Shown: piece after piece, positions 48,618-62,000 of the stretch
Layout of the letters: each line of letters starts with the position of its first letter
How positions within the stretch are numbered: the stretch's first letter is position 1
Source of the DNA: Azolla caroliniana
Lineage: Eukaryota > Plantae > Polypodiophyta
NCBI GenBank assembly: GCA_043228905.1
Contig: JBHGNT010000004.1
Coordinates: 9,734,001-9,798,000, forward strand
Reading direction: 5' to 3'
Length of the DNA stretch: 64,000 nt
Notes under the pieces: generated by a model
Database searches by the model: none
What the model was told of the DNA's origin: nothing
The model's input: only the letters and a program-made list of their open reading frames with translations
Program-made: the position numbers and the translations under genes

Positions 48618-51600
48618 ACGCATCTCGGGTGCTTGATCGAGGAGGAAGGCCAAGTTATTGCGCAAGGGCGTAGAGATGGGAGGATGTTTATCCTCGACAC
48701 CAATGACGTTGCCACCACAATGTTTGCGAAAGGACAAAAAGTTGAGTCGGATATCGACTTGTGGCAGAAGCGGATAGGCCACGTCAACTTTCAAAGGCTT
48801 GAGGACTTGCAATCGAAACAAGTTGTGTTCGGATTGCCCAAATTCAGTGGCCTGAAGTCCCAAATTTGTGAAGCCTACGAGCTAGGGAAGCAAAACCAAC
48901 TTCTTTTCCCCAACTAGCGTAACCGGAGCTGGAACAAGCCTGACTTGATAGAATCGGATGTATGGGGTCCGACACAAAACGTTAGTCTTGGCGGGAGTCG
49001 ATATTTTGTCTCCTTCATCGACAACTACACGTGGCACACGTGGATCTATCTCATTCAAAAGAAGAGTGAAGTCTTTCACATTTTCCGGAACCTCAAAAGC
49101 TTCGTAGGAAGGGAAATAGGGAGAAAGATTCAGTGCCTGTGGTCGAATAGCGGAAAAGAGTACTTTTCCGGCCAATTCAACAATTATCTGCAATAAATGG
49201 GAATTCGACGCGAATTCAGTTGCAGGTATACCCCAGAGCAAACCGGCGTAGCCGAAAGGAAAAATCGGTTGGTTGTGGAAGCGGTGTGGGCAATGCTGGA
49301 AGAAAAGAGCTTGCCCAAGTTCTATTGGGCCGAAGCGGTACGAACCGCGGTCTACATCCAGAATCGGATCGGAGACAAAGTGTCGGCGCATGAGCTGTAT
49401 TTCGAAAGGAGGCTAAATCTATGACACTTGAGATTTTTCGGTAGCATTGCGTATGTGCATGTGCCGAAGGAGAATTGGAGGAAGTTGGACGCAAAAGCCG
49501 AGAAGTGTATCGTGGTCGGCTACTCGGACGAATAGAAGGGTTATAAGTGTTATAATCCCCGAAACAAACAAGCTCGCGTGAGCCGCAATGTTGTTTTTGA
49601 TGAGTTTGTGTCCTGGTACTTGCCTCCGACTCCGGACCTCAACTCCAACTCCGGATCTCCGGACCCGAGTTCTGACGATGAGGTCAACGAGGCTAAAATG
49701 CCTTCGGATGACCGCGAAATCAAGACCCTTGATGAGAGTCCAATTTCATTTCAGCTAAGTGGACTGAACGAGTGACTGGGTTGGCTTGACCAGTCCGAAG
49801 AAGAGACTGCGACTGGTGGAGACTCGACCGTGCATTCCCCTCGTAGGAAGCCGAGGAGACGGTTTACCCGCAAGGAAAAAGGGAAGAAGAAAATGCCAGA
49901 GTACGACACGGATAAGGGCGAGTCGGATAGATGCGAATCCGACTCTGAGAAGAGCGATGACGGGCCTTCGAGAGCAAAGTCCGTGTTAGCCAAAAAAGCC
50001 TCAACATCGGCTAATGAGCAGTTACGACAATCTACCCACCAGAAGAACCCTGTTGTGTGGTTCGGATACAACGAGTACATGGCGCATCACTATGCATACA
50101 TGACACTTGTAGCGGATGTGCGTGAGCTGGAGAGCTACGTAGAAGCAGAGAAGGACGCAAATTGGTGTGCCACAATGAAGGAAGAGATGTGCGCATTAGC
50201 GAAGAATGAGACTTGGGACCTGGTTGACGCACCGAAGGGTGTAAAGCCGATCGGATGCAGATGGGTGTATAAAGTGAAATACAACACCGACGGCTCTGTC
50301 AATTGCTACAAGGCCCGGTTAGTAGCGAAAGGCTACTCGTAGAAGTACGGCATGGATTATGATGAGACCTTCACGCCAGTCACGAAGATGACTACCATGC
50401 GAGTCCTGCTAGCCGTAACAACGGCGAAAGGGTGGCACTTACATCAAATGGATGTAAAGAACGCGTTCCTACAAGGTGATCTCAAGGAACAGGTGTACAT
50501 GGTACAACCCCCTGGATTTCTATCCGAACAAAACACTTCGGTAGTTTGCCGACTGAGGAATTCCATCTACGGACTTAAGCAAGCACCGCGAGCCTAGAAC
50601 GCGAAGAGTACGCAACAGTTGCATAAGATGGGTTGCGTCGTCGAAGTTGGCCTCTTCACTATTTGTTCGACAAGGTCAACAAGGACCAGTTAGCCTTCTT
50701 TTGTATGTTTATGATTTGGTCATTGTCGGTGCCGACCTGAACGAAATCCGCCGCGTGAAGTGTCAACTTGCGGCATCTTTCGAAATGAAGGATCTTGGAG
50801 ACCTTCATTACTTCCTCGGCATCGAAGTGATCCGTACCCCCGAAGGCATATTAATTAGCCAACGCCACTATGTGCTGAATATGCTCTTCAAGTTGTAAGC
50901 ACATCTCGCCCCTTTAGACAGAAACATAAAACTTCGCCGATATTGGGGAAAGGTGTGCCACCCGACACGGTTCCGAAAAATTGTTGGAAGCCTCATATAT
51001 TTGACGATTACTCGGCCGGACCTCAGCTACCCGGTCGAACTGATCAGTCAATTCATGTCGCAGCTTACAACCGAACATTTTTAGTGTGCACAAAGGATAT
51101 TGCGATATGCCAGCGGCACGAAAGACATGGCGTTCCTATATCGGGCAGGAGTAGCCGAACAGTTAGTCGGCTACACGGATGTCGATTGGGTCAGAAACGC
51201 TCATGATCGTAGATCCACATCCGGATACGCATACTTTCTAGGCAGTGCGGCGATTGTGTGGAGCAGTAAGAAGCAGCCGATAGTAGCACTGTCGAGCATG
51301 GAGGCCGAGTATCGAGGGGCGACTGTCGCTACGTGCGAAGTCATTTGGCTAAAACGGCTATTACGGGATCTGTATGTAGACGTGTCTAATCCGACGACGA
51401 TCTATTGCGACAACCTTAGCAATATCCACCTTGCGAAGAACATCGTATTCCATGCCCGGACCAAGAACATTGAGGTGCATTACCATTTTGTCCGCGAGCA
51501 GGTCCTTTTAGGTGAAGTCGACTTGGTGTATGTTTCGACTGATCGGCAGATTTCCGACATCTTCACCAAGCCTCTTGGTCTCGACAAGTTGCGGCATTTC

Positions 51601-54207
51601 TCGGGTGAGCTGGGTTTGCGTCACCTCGACACGCCATACTTGATGGGGAGAAAGGAAGAACAGGAACAGGCACAAGAGCGTGGAAGGAGTAGAGGTGGTC
51701 ATTGCGGCGGAAGTGACCATGACGCGGAATCGGATAAAAAATTCGATTTCGGCCTAGCTGAAGAAGCCAAAGAAAAGAGCAAGGGCCATAACCGGAGGGA
51801 AGAGCCGAGGATAGCCAAATCAAGGGGAGATATAGCCAAGAAGGGCGTAAAGTCCAAGACCAAGACGTGGTCTGATGGAGTCGAAGGCCTAAAAACAAGA
51901 GACGAATTGGAGATAACCAATTCGGATGAGAGCAGAATTGAATCGGAAGTGTTTGATTCAATCGGAATGTTCCATTCGGATACGCCGAATCAACTGAAGG
52001 CCGTGCAAAAAAAGGGCAGCGAAGGGCGCACCGATACCGTGATAACAAGGGAGCTGAGAAGGGTCGGATGAGCAGACAAGCCGACCGGCAGGGTCAAAGT
52101 GTGCGGAATCGAATGGGTCGAGGAGCGTGAGCGAGGCGTGAAGCTAGAAGAAACCGGAGCGGTGATCCGGAAGTACCAAAAGCGCCTCATGTTGAGCTTG
52201 AGGGGGAGTGTTGAGATTTAAGCTCAACATTGGCCGGATTGGCTGCGCAAGCCGAGAACCAAATCAGTTGGGACTGATCGGTTAGGCCGGACCGGTGCGT
52301 AAACCGGTGCGCAAAAAAGAAGTCGTAGCGGTGCGTAAACCGCGAGGCCGTTGGAAATATATTCCACGTAGGAATATATTTTGGGAGATAGTGTAGAGCT
52401 CATTTATGAGCATTGACGTACGTGTCAGTTATTCTATCAGTCTGTATGGACTTGTATAAAAGTGCTCACTGAGCACATTCTATGTATATACTGAGTATTA
52501 TTTTTTGAATAGAGTAGTGTGTATTCTCTCTCTCTCAGTCTTTCTCTCCCGCATACTGTGTTTGTCCAAGCTCTCCTTTAAACCTGTGTTTTCCTACATT
52601 CTGCCTTCTATTGCTTCCGCACGTTGTTTTTCTACAAAGGCATTACAAAACATGTTACAACCTATTCGGTTCAAGTTGTGGCGGAAGGGAGAAATGATGG
52701 GAGTTACATGGATTTCATGGGACCATTGGGATACTCCTAAAAGGTTAGGTGGTGCAACAATATTGGATTTGGAAAGGCATTTGATGGCTTGTAGATTTGT
52801 ATTATTACAAGATATATGTCAACAAGATCAAGCATAAATATCTATGATGCAATATTTTATTGAGCATGAAGGATTGGTGCATGGGAAAACAAAGATTCAA
52901 GCGTCATGGTGGTCACTACGTAATGGCAGTATTCCTCTAAAGATTCGTCATTCTGTATGTGGTCAACATTTGGTACAATCGTGGCAAGATGATTGAGAAT
53001 ATTGTAATTCATTACAAAATGAATTGCTTGTTTCTTCTCTAGCGTTGTTTTGCCATGGGAAAGAGAAGTTGAGATCTCAATTCAATCATTTAGTTCGATT
53101 GGGGATTGTACATTTGGAAGATGTGGTTGATAATGAATCTCAAAGGTTGTTAGATTTTGAAGATGCCAAGAGATGGTTATGTATTCACCCAAATTATGGA
53201 TTTATTAGGGAGAAATTACAAGAGATACCATTGTTGCAAGGATCTTTGCCATTGAAAACAAAATTTGCACCTTGGGTCGATTGGCGGTTACAAGATGGTG
53301 CACACTTGTTACAGGTCACTAGAAATATATTGTATCATCATGCCATGGCATTATTATCTTGGCTATCTCCTGAAGCAACGAAGTTGTGGAATGTATATAA
53401 GTCAGAGGCAAGGTGGTGGAAAATATTACGTGGTTGGCATTCCCATCTACCATTTCGTGCAACAGTATTCATATGGAGAGTCATGATTGGTGGGCTCCCA
53501 TTAGGTTCAGCCTTAAAGAGACGAGGACTAGGGTCTAGCACTTGTTTCTTTTGCATTGTTCCATTGGAGGATAGTACACATAGGTTCATTAAATGTCCTA
53601 TAACGTGTACCATTTGGAAGTTCTTATCCGCCATTTGGCAAGTTTTAGCCCGTTGTTGTTTGAGACCTCAACGATGGGTTTTTTCTCAATATGCTCAAAA
53701 TGGATCAAATGATGAGATTGAGATATTGTTCTAATTTTTACGTTATTGGGGTCTACAACACAATTGGAATATGCATAATGCTTTCATGTTTGATAATAGA
53801 CACAGGGTGGAAGCCTATATAAAGAAGTTGAAAGGTATATTATCATGTGGATTTTTTGGATGTTAGTGCATGGGGGGATCATTTCCTCAAATGCTTATTC
53901 AAGTTTTTTAATAGCATTACACAACGTTCCTCTCCCTACATAGGCATATGATAGGTAGAGGAGACTAAGAAATGTTGTAACTAAGTGGATTTTACATAAA
54001 CTTAATATAATTATGTGCTTTTACCCAAAAAGAAGAAGAGAAACAAACAAACAAAGCTATATTAACGTCTTCGAAGGCCAAAATTGGCCCATGAGACAGT
54101 TGGTTTACAACAAAATGGGTATTTATCCAATTATCAAAACTAAAATAAAATAAAGTGAAAATAGAACTTAAGCTAAAAGAGTTCTAGTTACAAAACGTGG
54201 TATACGC

Positions 54208-56074
54208 TGTCGTGACGTGGCTCGTCCAAAAGCGTAGCATTGTGTAGACAAAAGATATCGTGAAGGTGAGGAAGGAATCACTAGGATTATGGACGGAAGG
54301 GATGAAAGAGTAGAGGTAGAGTAAATAGAGATCAACAAGATATGACAAGATAGGATATAGAATGATATTTGACAGAATAAAAGAAATTTATAATTATTTC
54401 GTGAAAGAGTTACAAAATGGTTACGAGCGTCGTTGAACCTTCGATCTTTGTTTCATAAGGTAATCGCTCTTCTCTTTCTTGATAGTAAGCCACATCAATC
54501 TTCACTTCAATATTTCGATGAAGATAAGAATCAAGATAAGAATCTAACCGCCGCCCTTTCGTTGTGAGTTGAGCACCACAAAAATCAAGCTAGCTCTTCT
54601 CTTGTCATTTCTTCTTCTGTTGCTCTTTCTATCTTATGATATCTCTTATGTAATATAACTCTATTTGATTCTCTTGATATATCATCCAATATAGTTCTTC
54701 GAGTTCAATTCCTTCGATATCCCTTGTGGCCCTACTCCCTTCTCCTTTTATAGGGAAGAGATGGTTGTACATGTGGGCCATGTGGCGCACATGCAGAGAG
54801 AACTTTGCATGTGTGCTATATGGTGCACATGTAGTACATTCCATGGTTTAAACCATACAATACTACTTCAAATAAAACAACACATATATTTTATATGCAT
54901 TACAAGTAAATGCTAAATGGTAAGGTTTAAATGTCATATTAAGGTTGGGGTTGTTGGTTCAAGTCCTCTTTTGCCCATGCAATATGCTATATGGTGTGCA
55001 TGTAGTATATTACATGGTTTAGACTATAAAATAGTACTTCAAATAAAACAATGCATATAATGTAAATTATCAGTATATGCTAAATGGTAAGGTTTGAGTG
55101 TCATAAGGTGGGGTTATTGGCTCAATTCTTCTCTCGTCCATGTAACATAACATATACATTATTTTATTTGCCTCTACATATAATGTTTAATATTATCATA
55201 GTGTGTTCTTAATATTATCTTTATGTATAAAATATTATCAATATTTATTTTATTTTAGTTACGTATTTATCTTATTGTAGACTTTTAATGTGAAGCTTTT
55301 GTACTTCACGACATCCACCCCCTCTAGACCTGCACATCCTCTGGCATGTGCCACTATCTTTCATCTTCATCTTGATCTATTGGAGGTTCACGCTCGAACC
55401 TTTTCTTAAATACTTTTATCCTTTTTCCAGCTACCACGTTTAGGATTGGTGTCTCATCCAATTCACTAAGCTTAGAAGTAAAGTTATCATATACTTTTCT
55501 TACTAACTTTCAACGAACTTGCAGACGGTCTTATGTTGATTATCTAAACTGCTATCATACACAAGCACCCAATCCCCTTGTTCTATCTTTTTATGTCTAA
55601 TTCTATGAGTTTTATCAAAACGAATTTTATTCTTCAGTCGGGCCTCCTTCAATCATTGGGCTGCAAATTCTATATCTCCAGATCGACACTCTAATTGTTG
55701 AATTTGCAAAGCAAACAATTCTTCTTTACTCACCTCTTCTCTCCATGGAATAGATATCCCTAATATAATTGATTCTTCTACCGGCATGATGGGTTTTGGC
55801 CAAGTATCAATTCAACTGGCATAAATCCTATTACTGAACTATGCGTTGTTCGATCGGGCAATAGTGCGTAAGGTAGCATGCATGGCCAATCTCTTATTTT
55901 AGTTTTGTAGCTTTTCACAATTGCCTTAACTATTGGGATATGTCCTCTTTCAATCTTTCCATTGGCTTCTAGATTATACCTAGTTGTAATTGATAACTTG
56001 ACCCCTGTCCAATTGAAGAATTCTTGAGCTTCATGAGAATCAAATTCTCCTCTATCTGCAATTATTTTACCAAC
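54208..56074 (-). mobile_element. Third Gypsy (related family): 3' LTR type C 54208-55313 plus decayed integrase
   Basis: Termini TGTCGTGA...TTCACGACA, PPT TCCACCCCC; the integrase remnant is colinear with 3977-4720. Cut by a Copia LTR. Confidence 0.85.
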
Positions 56075-59000
56075 TGTAAAAACAAATAGCGCGTGGAAGC
56101 AATAAAAAAACAGAAAACAGAGAACAGGTTTAATGGAGAGCTTAACAGTATGCGGGAGAGACAGAGAGAGAACAAGAATCTCTATTCAAAAATTATATCA
56201 ACACTCTGTACATCGTATGTGTTTAGCGAACACTTTTATACAGGTCCATACGGACTGACAGAAGTATAGTGTACTTCAATGCTCACTCGAGCGTCTGACA
56301 CTAACTACGAGAGTAATAACTCCCTAGTAGTCTTGCTGCTACTAGGCTTCCGGTTACTGATGGATCCGGCTAACCGACTCCCTAGCTCACCGGCTCTTTT
56401 GCTCACCGAGTGCTCACCGATCCGTCTCGCTCACCAGCTCATGCTTATCTAGCCGATCCGGCTCCAATTGAGCTTGCCGCTCAACACTCCCCCTCAAGCT
56501 CAACTTGGGGTCCGGTCGTAGTGTCAACGTCTGTGGCAACTGGTCCTTCTGCCCGGCTCCTTCTGGCATCACTCCGCCTTGCTCGCGATCCTCGTCCGGT
56601 CCGGTTCTGTTTGCCGCGAACCCTCTTGTTCTACGCACCTCGACCTCCTTGGACGTACTTGTCTGCTCAACAGGCCCAATTGAGCTCCCTCGCTGCTATG
56701 ATTTCGGCGCGTGCCGGTTCGCCGATTCCTTCATGTTGGCGTCGACTTTCGCTGCCTTCTTGTCCTCTTGGCCTTGAATTGATCTGCTTCTTCCGAATTT
56801 GTCTGTTGAACCGAATCAATTGTCTCCGATTCGTTCCAGCTCTTGTCTGAATCAGTTGCTCCCGATTCGTCTTCTGGTTCCAGGCCCTTCACCATATCGG
56901 ACCATGTCCGGGTCTTGGCCTTCTTCTTCCGGTCGGCTCTGTCCTTCTTGATGTTGTACGTTTTAGGGTTAGGGTCAAGGATGATAATCATGATAAAGAT
57001 GATTGATGATGAAGATAGACATTGTGTAATGGTGGAGATGACGGGCATGATGATGAGAGATCGTATAGAGAAGCATAGAGAAGCATTGCGGGGTGGGGGG
57101 TGGTGCCTAGAATGGCTCCACCCCCCTCCCAAGGGGATTCAACGTTGAGGGGGAGAGAGAGAGAGAAAGAGGGATGACAAGAGAGAGATTAGGAGAGAAA
57201 ATGGTTCCTTCTTCATTCATTCCCCATAAGGGGTTAAATAGTACAAGAGGGGGTAGTTACAAAGGGGTGTAAGCTCCATAGAGCATTCATACTGGACACT
57301 CACTCACACCTCATCGTATCCCTCCACATGCACACACGTGTGCATGTGTTCACATACATATCAACTCACAATTACATTTATGTTCCCTACACATATACAA
57401 CATCATCATGATAATATTCGACCCTCGCTCATCACACTTGACTCTCCGTACAACTCGTACGGGGTAACACATATGGCACGCCCGTGGGAAAGTGCGTTGC
57501 ACGTCGATCCCACATGCCTTGATGATGATATCTCTTCGACCGGAACTTCCATCGGTCCTTTCAACGATCGACTCCCTCGATCGGAGCGCTTGACTCGATC
57601 ATCTCCATCGGTCAGCGACTTTTCCGCGACACGAACATTCTCATTCTGTCGTCTTACAAACTTTGGTATCCTCTTTCGGGTCCTTAAAAATGTTGTGTGC
57701 ATGTATGTTATTCTTTGTTGATTTTGTGAGTTGTCATGGTCGATCACGTCCATTTCTTTAGGTGGATGAGATTTCAAAATTTCATAGGTGCCCTTTGATT
57801 TTTAAAATTTTCTTATATACCCTCATCTTTCTTCTTTCCTTCTCTTCTTTCCCTCTTCTTTTCCATTTCTGTTACTACTTCTTTCTTTCTTTCTCGCCTG
57901 CTTTCTTCTTCCTCATTCTTTCTTCCCGTTCTTCCTTATTCTTCCGTGTATGCCTTTCTCTCTCTTCTTTCTGTCTCTTCTTTCTGTTTCTCAGACTGCA
58001 TCATCTTCTTCTTTCTCTTCTTCATTCACCACGGCTATGTCCCTTGTCCGTGGCTGTCACGCTCTGCTTTTGTGTGTCGTTGTGTGTTTGTACGGCCTTC
58101 TCTGTTCATCTCCGTCTCGGTCTCTGTTTTTTTTTTTTCTGTTTCCGTCTCTGGGTCCATCGCCGTTGCCATCGGTGTCCTCCGATGCTCGGACTTGGCT
58201 GTCCAGCCGCCGCTTTCCGTTCCTGTTCTGCCATCGTTTGGCGTCATTGCCGTCTCTGTCGGCCCTGTCCGGCCATTCTATGGTCTGCCATCTCTGTCCA
58301 GATGTCTCTATTCTTTACGACCATCGGTTGTCTGGCCGCCAACACCTCTTGTGCTTCTTCTTTTCCTTCCCTTCCTTCTTCTCTTCTTCATCTTCTTCTT
58401 CTCTTTCATCATTGTCGATTGTATGTTCGTTTGTTGGCCGCCACTGTTCGGCTGCAATCGGGGCACTGCTCCAACTATCGTTGTTCGGCCGCTTCGTCCC
58501 TGTCTCCCTCACTATTGTGGTCGGTCGTCCCTTCGTCTTTCCGGTCGTTTTTGTCGTTTGTCCGGTTGTCCGGTCCGTTCTGGTCATTGCTTTGTCACTG
58601 TGCCGACCGTTACCACTCTGGTTGTCTCTCCATCTCTGCAACCGTCCCGTCATCTTCCGTCTTCATCACCGTTCTCCGTTCGGTCGTTGGCTTTCCGGTC
58701 GTTTCTATCGCCATTCGTCCTTCACTCGAGTTGTTCGGTCTTGTCCGGCGCCTTTCCATCCAGCCCTGTTTCCGTTTCTGTTGTCGTCTCTGCCGGTTCG
58801 TCATAGTCCAACCTCGTCCGTCGCTTGCCCGCTCTGCACACAATCTGGCCGCTGCTCTTCGGCCACTCTTTGACTGTTGTGTAGGGTTTCGGGTTGCCAT
58901 TCGCCGCCGCTGTCCGGCCTCTGCCGTATAGCGTCGTCGTCGTTCGGCCATTTGTCCCGCTGTTCGACCTAGGGTTTGCTCATGGCTTTTGGGGTCTCTG

Positions 59001-62000
59001 GCCCTTTCCGTCTCTGTCCGGCTGTATCTCCGACAGAAACCGTTTTCATCTCTCGTTGTCTTCGTCTGGCGCCCTGAGCCTTTTGTCCGTCAATGTTGTT
59101 GTCGAGTCACCCTCGTTGGTCCTGCTGTCTTTGCATGTGTGTGTTTGTTGTGATGTCCCTTTTTCTGGTTGTCGATGTTTGGTCCACGTCTGCATCTTCT
59201 TCTCTGTCTTCGATGCCCCTTCGGTGATAACCAACTTTGGTTCTTGTTCCGATTCCGGTTCCACTCTCTTTGCGTTGTTTCTTCTGGAACCATAGCCCAT
59301 GCATTCGCAGCACATCCTGCCGGCCTCCGCTCCACACTGCGTCTTCCACCGCAGTCTTCAGGTGGGCTTCTCTTACCGGTCGTGCTGGCACCGGTTCCCT
59401 CTGCGTCGCTGTTTTTCCAGCCGTGCATCTTGCACCACGCATTCGAACACGCACATTGTCACTAACCGCATTCGGAAACACGTACATGGACACCAATCGC
59501 AACCTTGCACAAACATCGTTTCCATTCATGAATTCTTTCATCGCATTGTCATTTCCTGCACTCACACAAATATGTCGCTATGGCCTTCGCTATGGCCTTC
59601 ATCACCGCGTATCATTCTTTGACTCCGTTTCCAAAGGGGGGTCGCCGTAGTGGTCGCCAAAAGGTGTTGTACGTTTTAGGGTTAGGGTCAAGGATGATAA
59701 TCATGATAAAGATGATTGATGATGAAGATAGACATTGTGTAATGGTGGAGATGACGGGCATGATGATGAGAGATCGTATAGAGAAGCATAGAGAAGCATT
59801 GCGGGGTGGGGGGTGGTGCCTAGAATGGCTCCACCCCCCTCCCAAGGGGATTCAACGTTGAGGGGGAGAGAGAGAGAGAAAGAGGGATGACAAGAGAGAG
59901 ATTAGGAGAGAAAATGGTTCCTTCTTCATTCATTCCCCATAAGGGGTTAAATAGTACAAGAGGGGGTAGTTACAAAGGGGTGTAAGCTCCATAGAGCATT
60001 CATACTGGACACTCACTCACACCTCATCGTATCCCTCCACATGCACACACGTGTGCATGTGTTCACATACATATCAACTCACAATTACATTTATGTTCCC
60101 TACACATATACAACATCATCATGATAATATTCGACCCTCGCTCATCACACTTGACTCTCCGTACAACTCGTACGGGGTAACACATATGGCACGCCCGTGG
60201 GAAAGTGCGTTGCACGTCGATCCCACATGCCTTGATGATGATATCTCTTCGACCGGAACTTCCATCGGTCCTTTCAACGATCGACTCCCTCGATCGGAGC
60301 GCTTCAAAAGGTGTTGTACGTTTTAGGGTTAGGGTCAAGGATGATAATCATGATAAAGATGATTGATGATGAAGATAGACATTGTGTAATGGTGGAGATG
60401 ACGGGCATGATGATGAGAGATCGTATAGAGAAGCATAGAGAAGCATTGCGGGGTGGGGGGTGGTGCCTAGAATGGCTCCACCCCCCTCCCAAGGGGATTC
60501 AACGTTGAGGGGGAGAGAGAGAGAGAAAGAGGGATGACAAGAGAGAGATTAGGAGAGAAAATGGTTCCTTCTTCATTCATTCCCCATAAGGGGTTAAATA
60601 GTACAAGAGGGGGTAGTTACAAAGGGGTGTAAGCTCCATAGAGCATTCATACTGGACACTCACTCACACCTCATCGTATCCCTCCACATGCACACACGTG
60701 TGCATGTGTTCACATACATATCAACTCACAATTACATTTATGTTCCCTACACATATACAACATCATCATGATAATATTCGACCCTCGCTCATCACACTTG
60801 ACTCTCCGTACAACTCGTACGGGGTAACACTTGACTCTGCCGCTGCTACCGCTTGTTCCGACTTGTTCGGATGTGTCGACTTCCTTTGTCAACTCGGCTC
60901 CTTTCTTCTTCTTGACTCTCCCTTTGTCCGTTCTTCCCTCACCGGCGCAATCGGCAATCTCTTTGCCTTTGCTCGTTCCGGTGTCTTTCCCGAGATGCTG
61001 AACACCAAGCATTTCGGTGAAGTGTTGCAACTTGTCCGATCTGAGTGGTTTCGTGAAGATGTCGGCAACTTGCCGATACGTGTGAACATACCGAAGTTCG
61101 ACCTCACCGATCAGGACACGCTCACGCACGAAGTGATAGTGCACTTCTATGTGCTTTGTGCGAGCATGGAATATAGGGTTCTTGGCGAGCTACATGCTAC
61201 TTATGTTGTCACAGTAGATCAGAATTGGGGTTGGTACCTCGATCCGTAGGTCTTGCATTAGTCGCCGAAGCCAAATGGCTTCACAGGTGGCAATGGTAAC
61301 GCCCCGATACTCAGCCTCAGTGCTCGACAGAGCAACTATTGGCTGCTTTTTGCTGCTCCACGCAACAACTGCACTACCTAGGGAAAACATGTAACCGGAG
61401 GTTGATCGGCGATCTGATGCATCACCGGCCCAGTCGGCATTTGTGTAACCGACCAGCTCTTCAGTTATACCGTGCCGGTATAACAGTCCCTGGTTCTTCG
61501 TGCCACTAACATACTGCAGTATTCGGTGCGCGCAGTGAAGATGCTCCATGGTCGGCTTCTGCATGAATTGGCTAATCACACCAACCTGATAGCTGATGTC
61601 GGGTCGGGTGATGGTCAAATATATAAGGCTTCCGACAATTTGTCGAAACTGTTTCTCATCGCAGGCCGGTCCAAAGTCGAGACGGAGCTTTTGGTTGCGG
61701 TCCAGGGGAGTAAAGATAGGTCGGCATTCCGTCATGCCGAACTTGTACAACATATTCAACACATAGTGCCGTTGTGAGAGCAATATGCCATTGGGGGTTC
61801 GGATCACCTCGATCCCAAGAAAATAATGAAGGTCCCCCAGGTTCTTCATCTCAAATGCATCCGACAACTTGGACTTGACTCAGCTAATTTCATCGAGTCC
61901 GGGTCCGGTGATGACCAGATCATCAACGTACAACAAGATGCAAACCGGACCGTCCGGACCTTGGCGGATGAACAACGAAGAGTCGGACTTGGAGGCCGCA

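Larger units (their letters stand above)
38586..52636 (+). mobile_element. Ty1/Copia retrotransposon, full length, decayed; LTRs 38586-38998 and 52209-52636
   Basis: PBS TGGTATCAGAGC at 38999; Gag KLDRNNYASW; CWYCGKKGHKESEC; VDSGAS; integrase SDVWGP; RT; RNase H; PPT AGGGGGAG; imperfect TSD AAGC/AAGGC. Confidence 0.95.
32135..54060 (+). mobile_element. Fragmented L1-clade LINE (pieces 32135-32349, 35866-38585, 52637-~54060)
   Basis: ORF1 DUF4283-like region and knuckle CLKCGNLGHFMDEC; endonuclease GIYAPN, SRLDR, SDHFP; RT GKSLDWDG...WRPTSL, LGYPLG; PKRLGG; zf-RVT CFFCIVPLEDSTHRFIKC; A-rich end. Confidence 0.85.

Noticed and set aside
57762-58931. Long overlapping ORFs (389, 307 and 286 aa)
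   Set aside because: All three plus frames are open because the strand is A-poor; the products are low-complexity with no domain.
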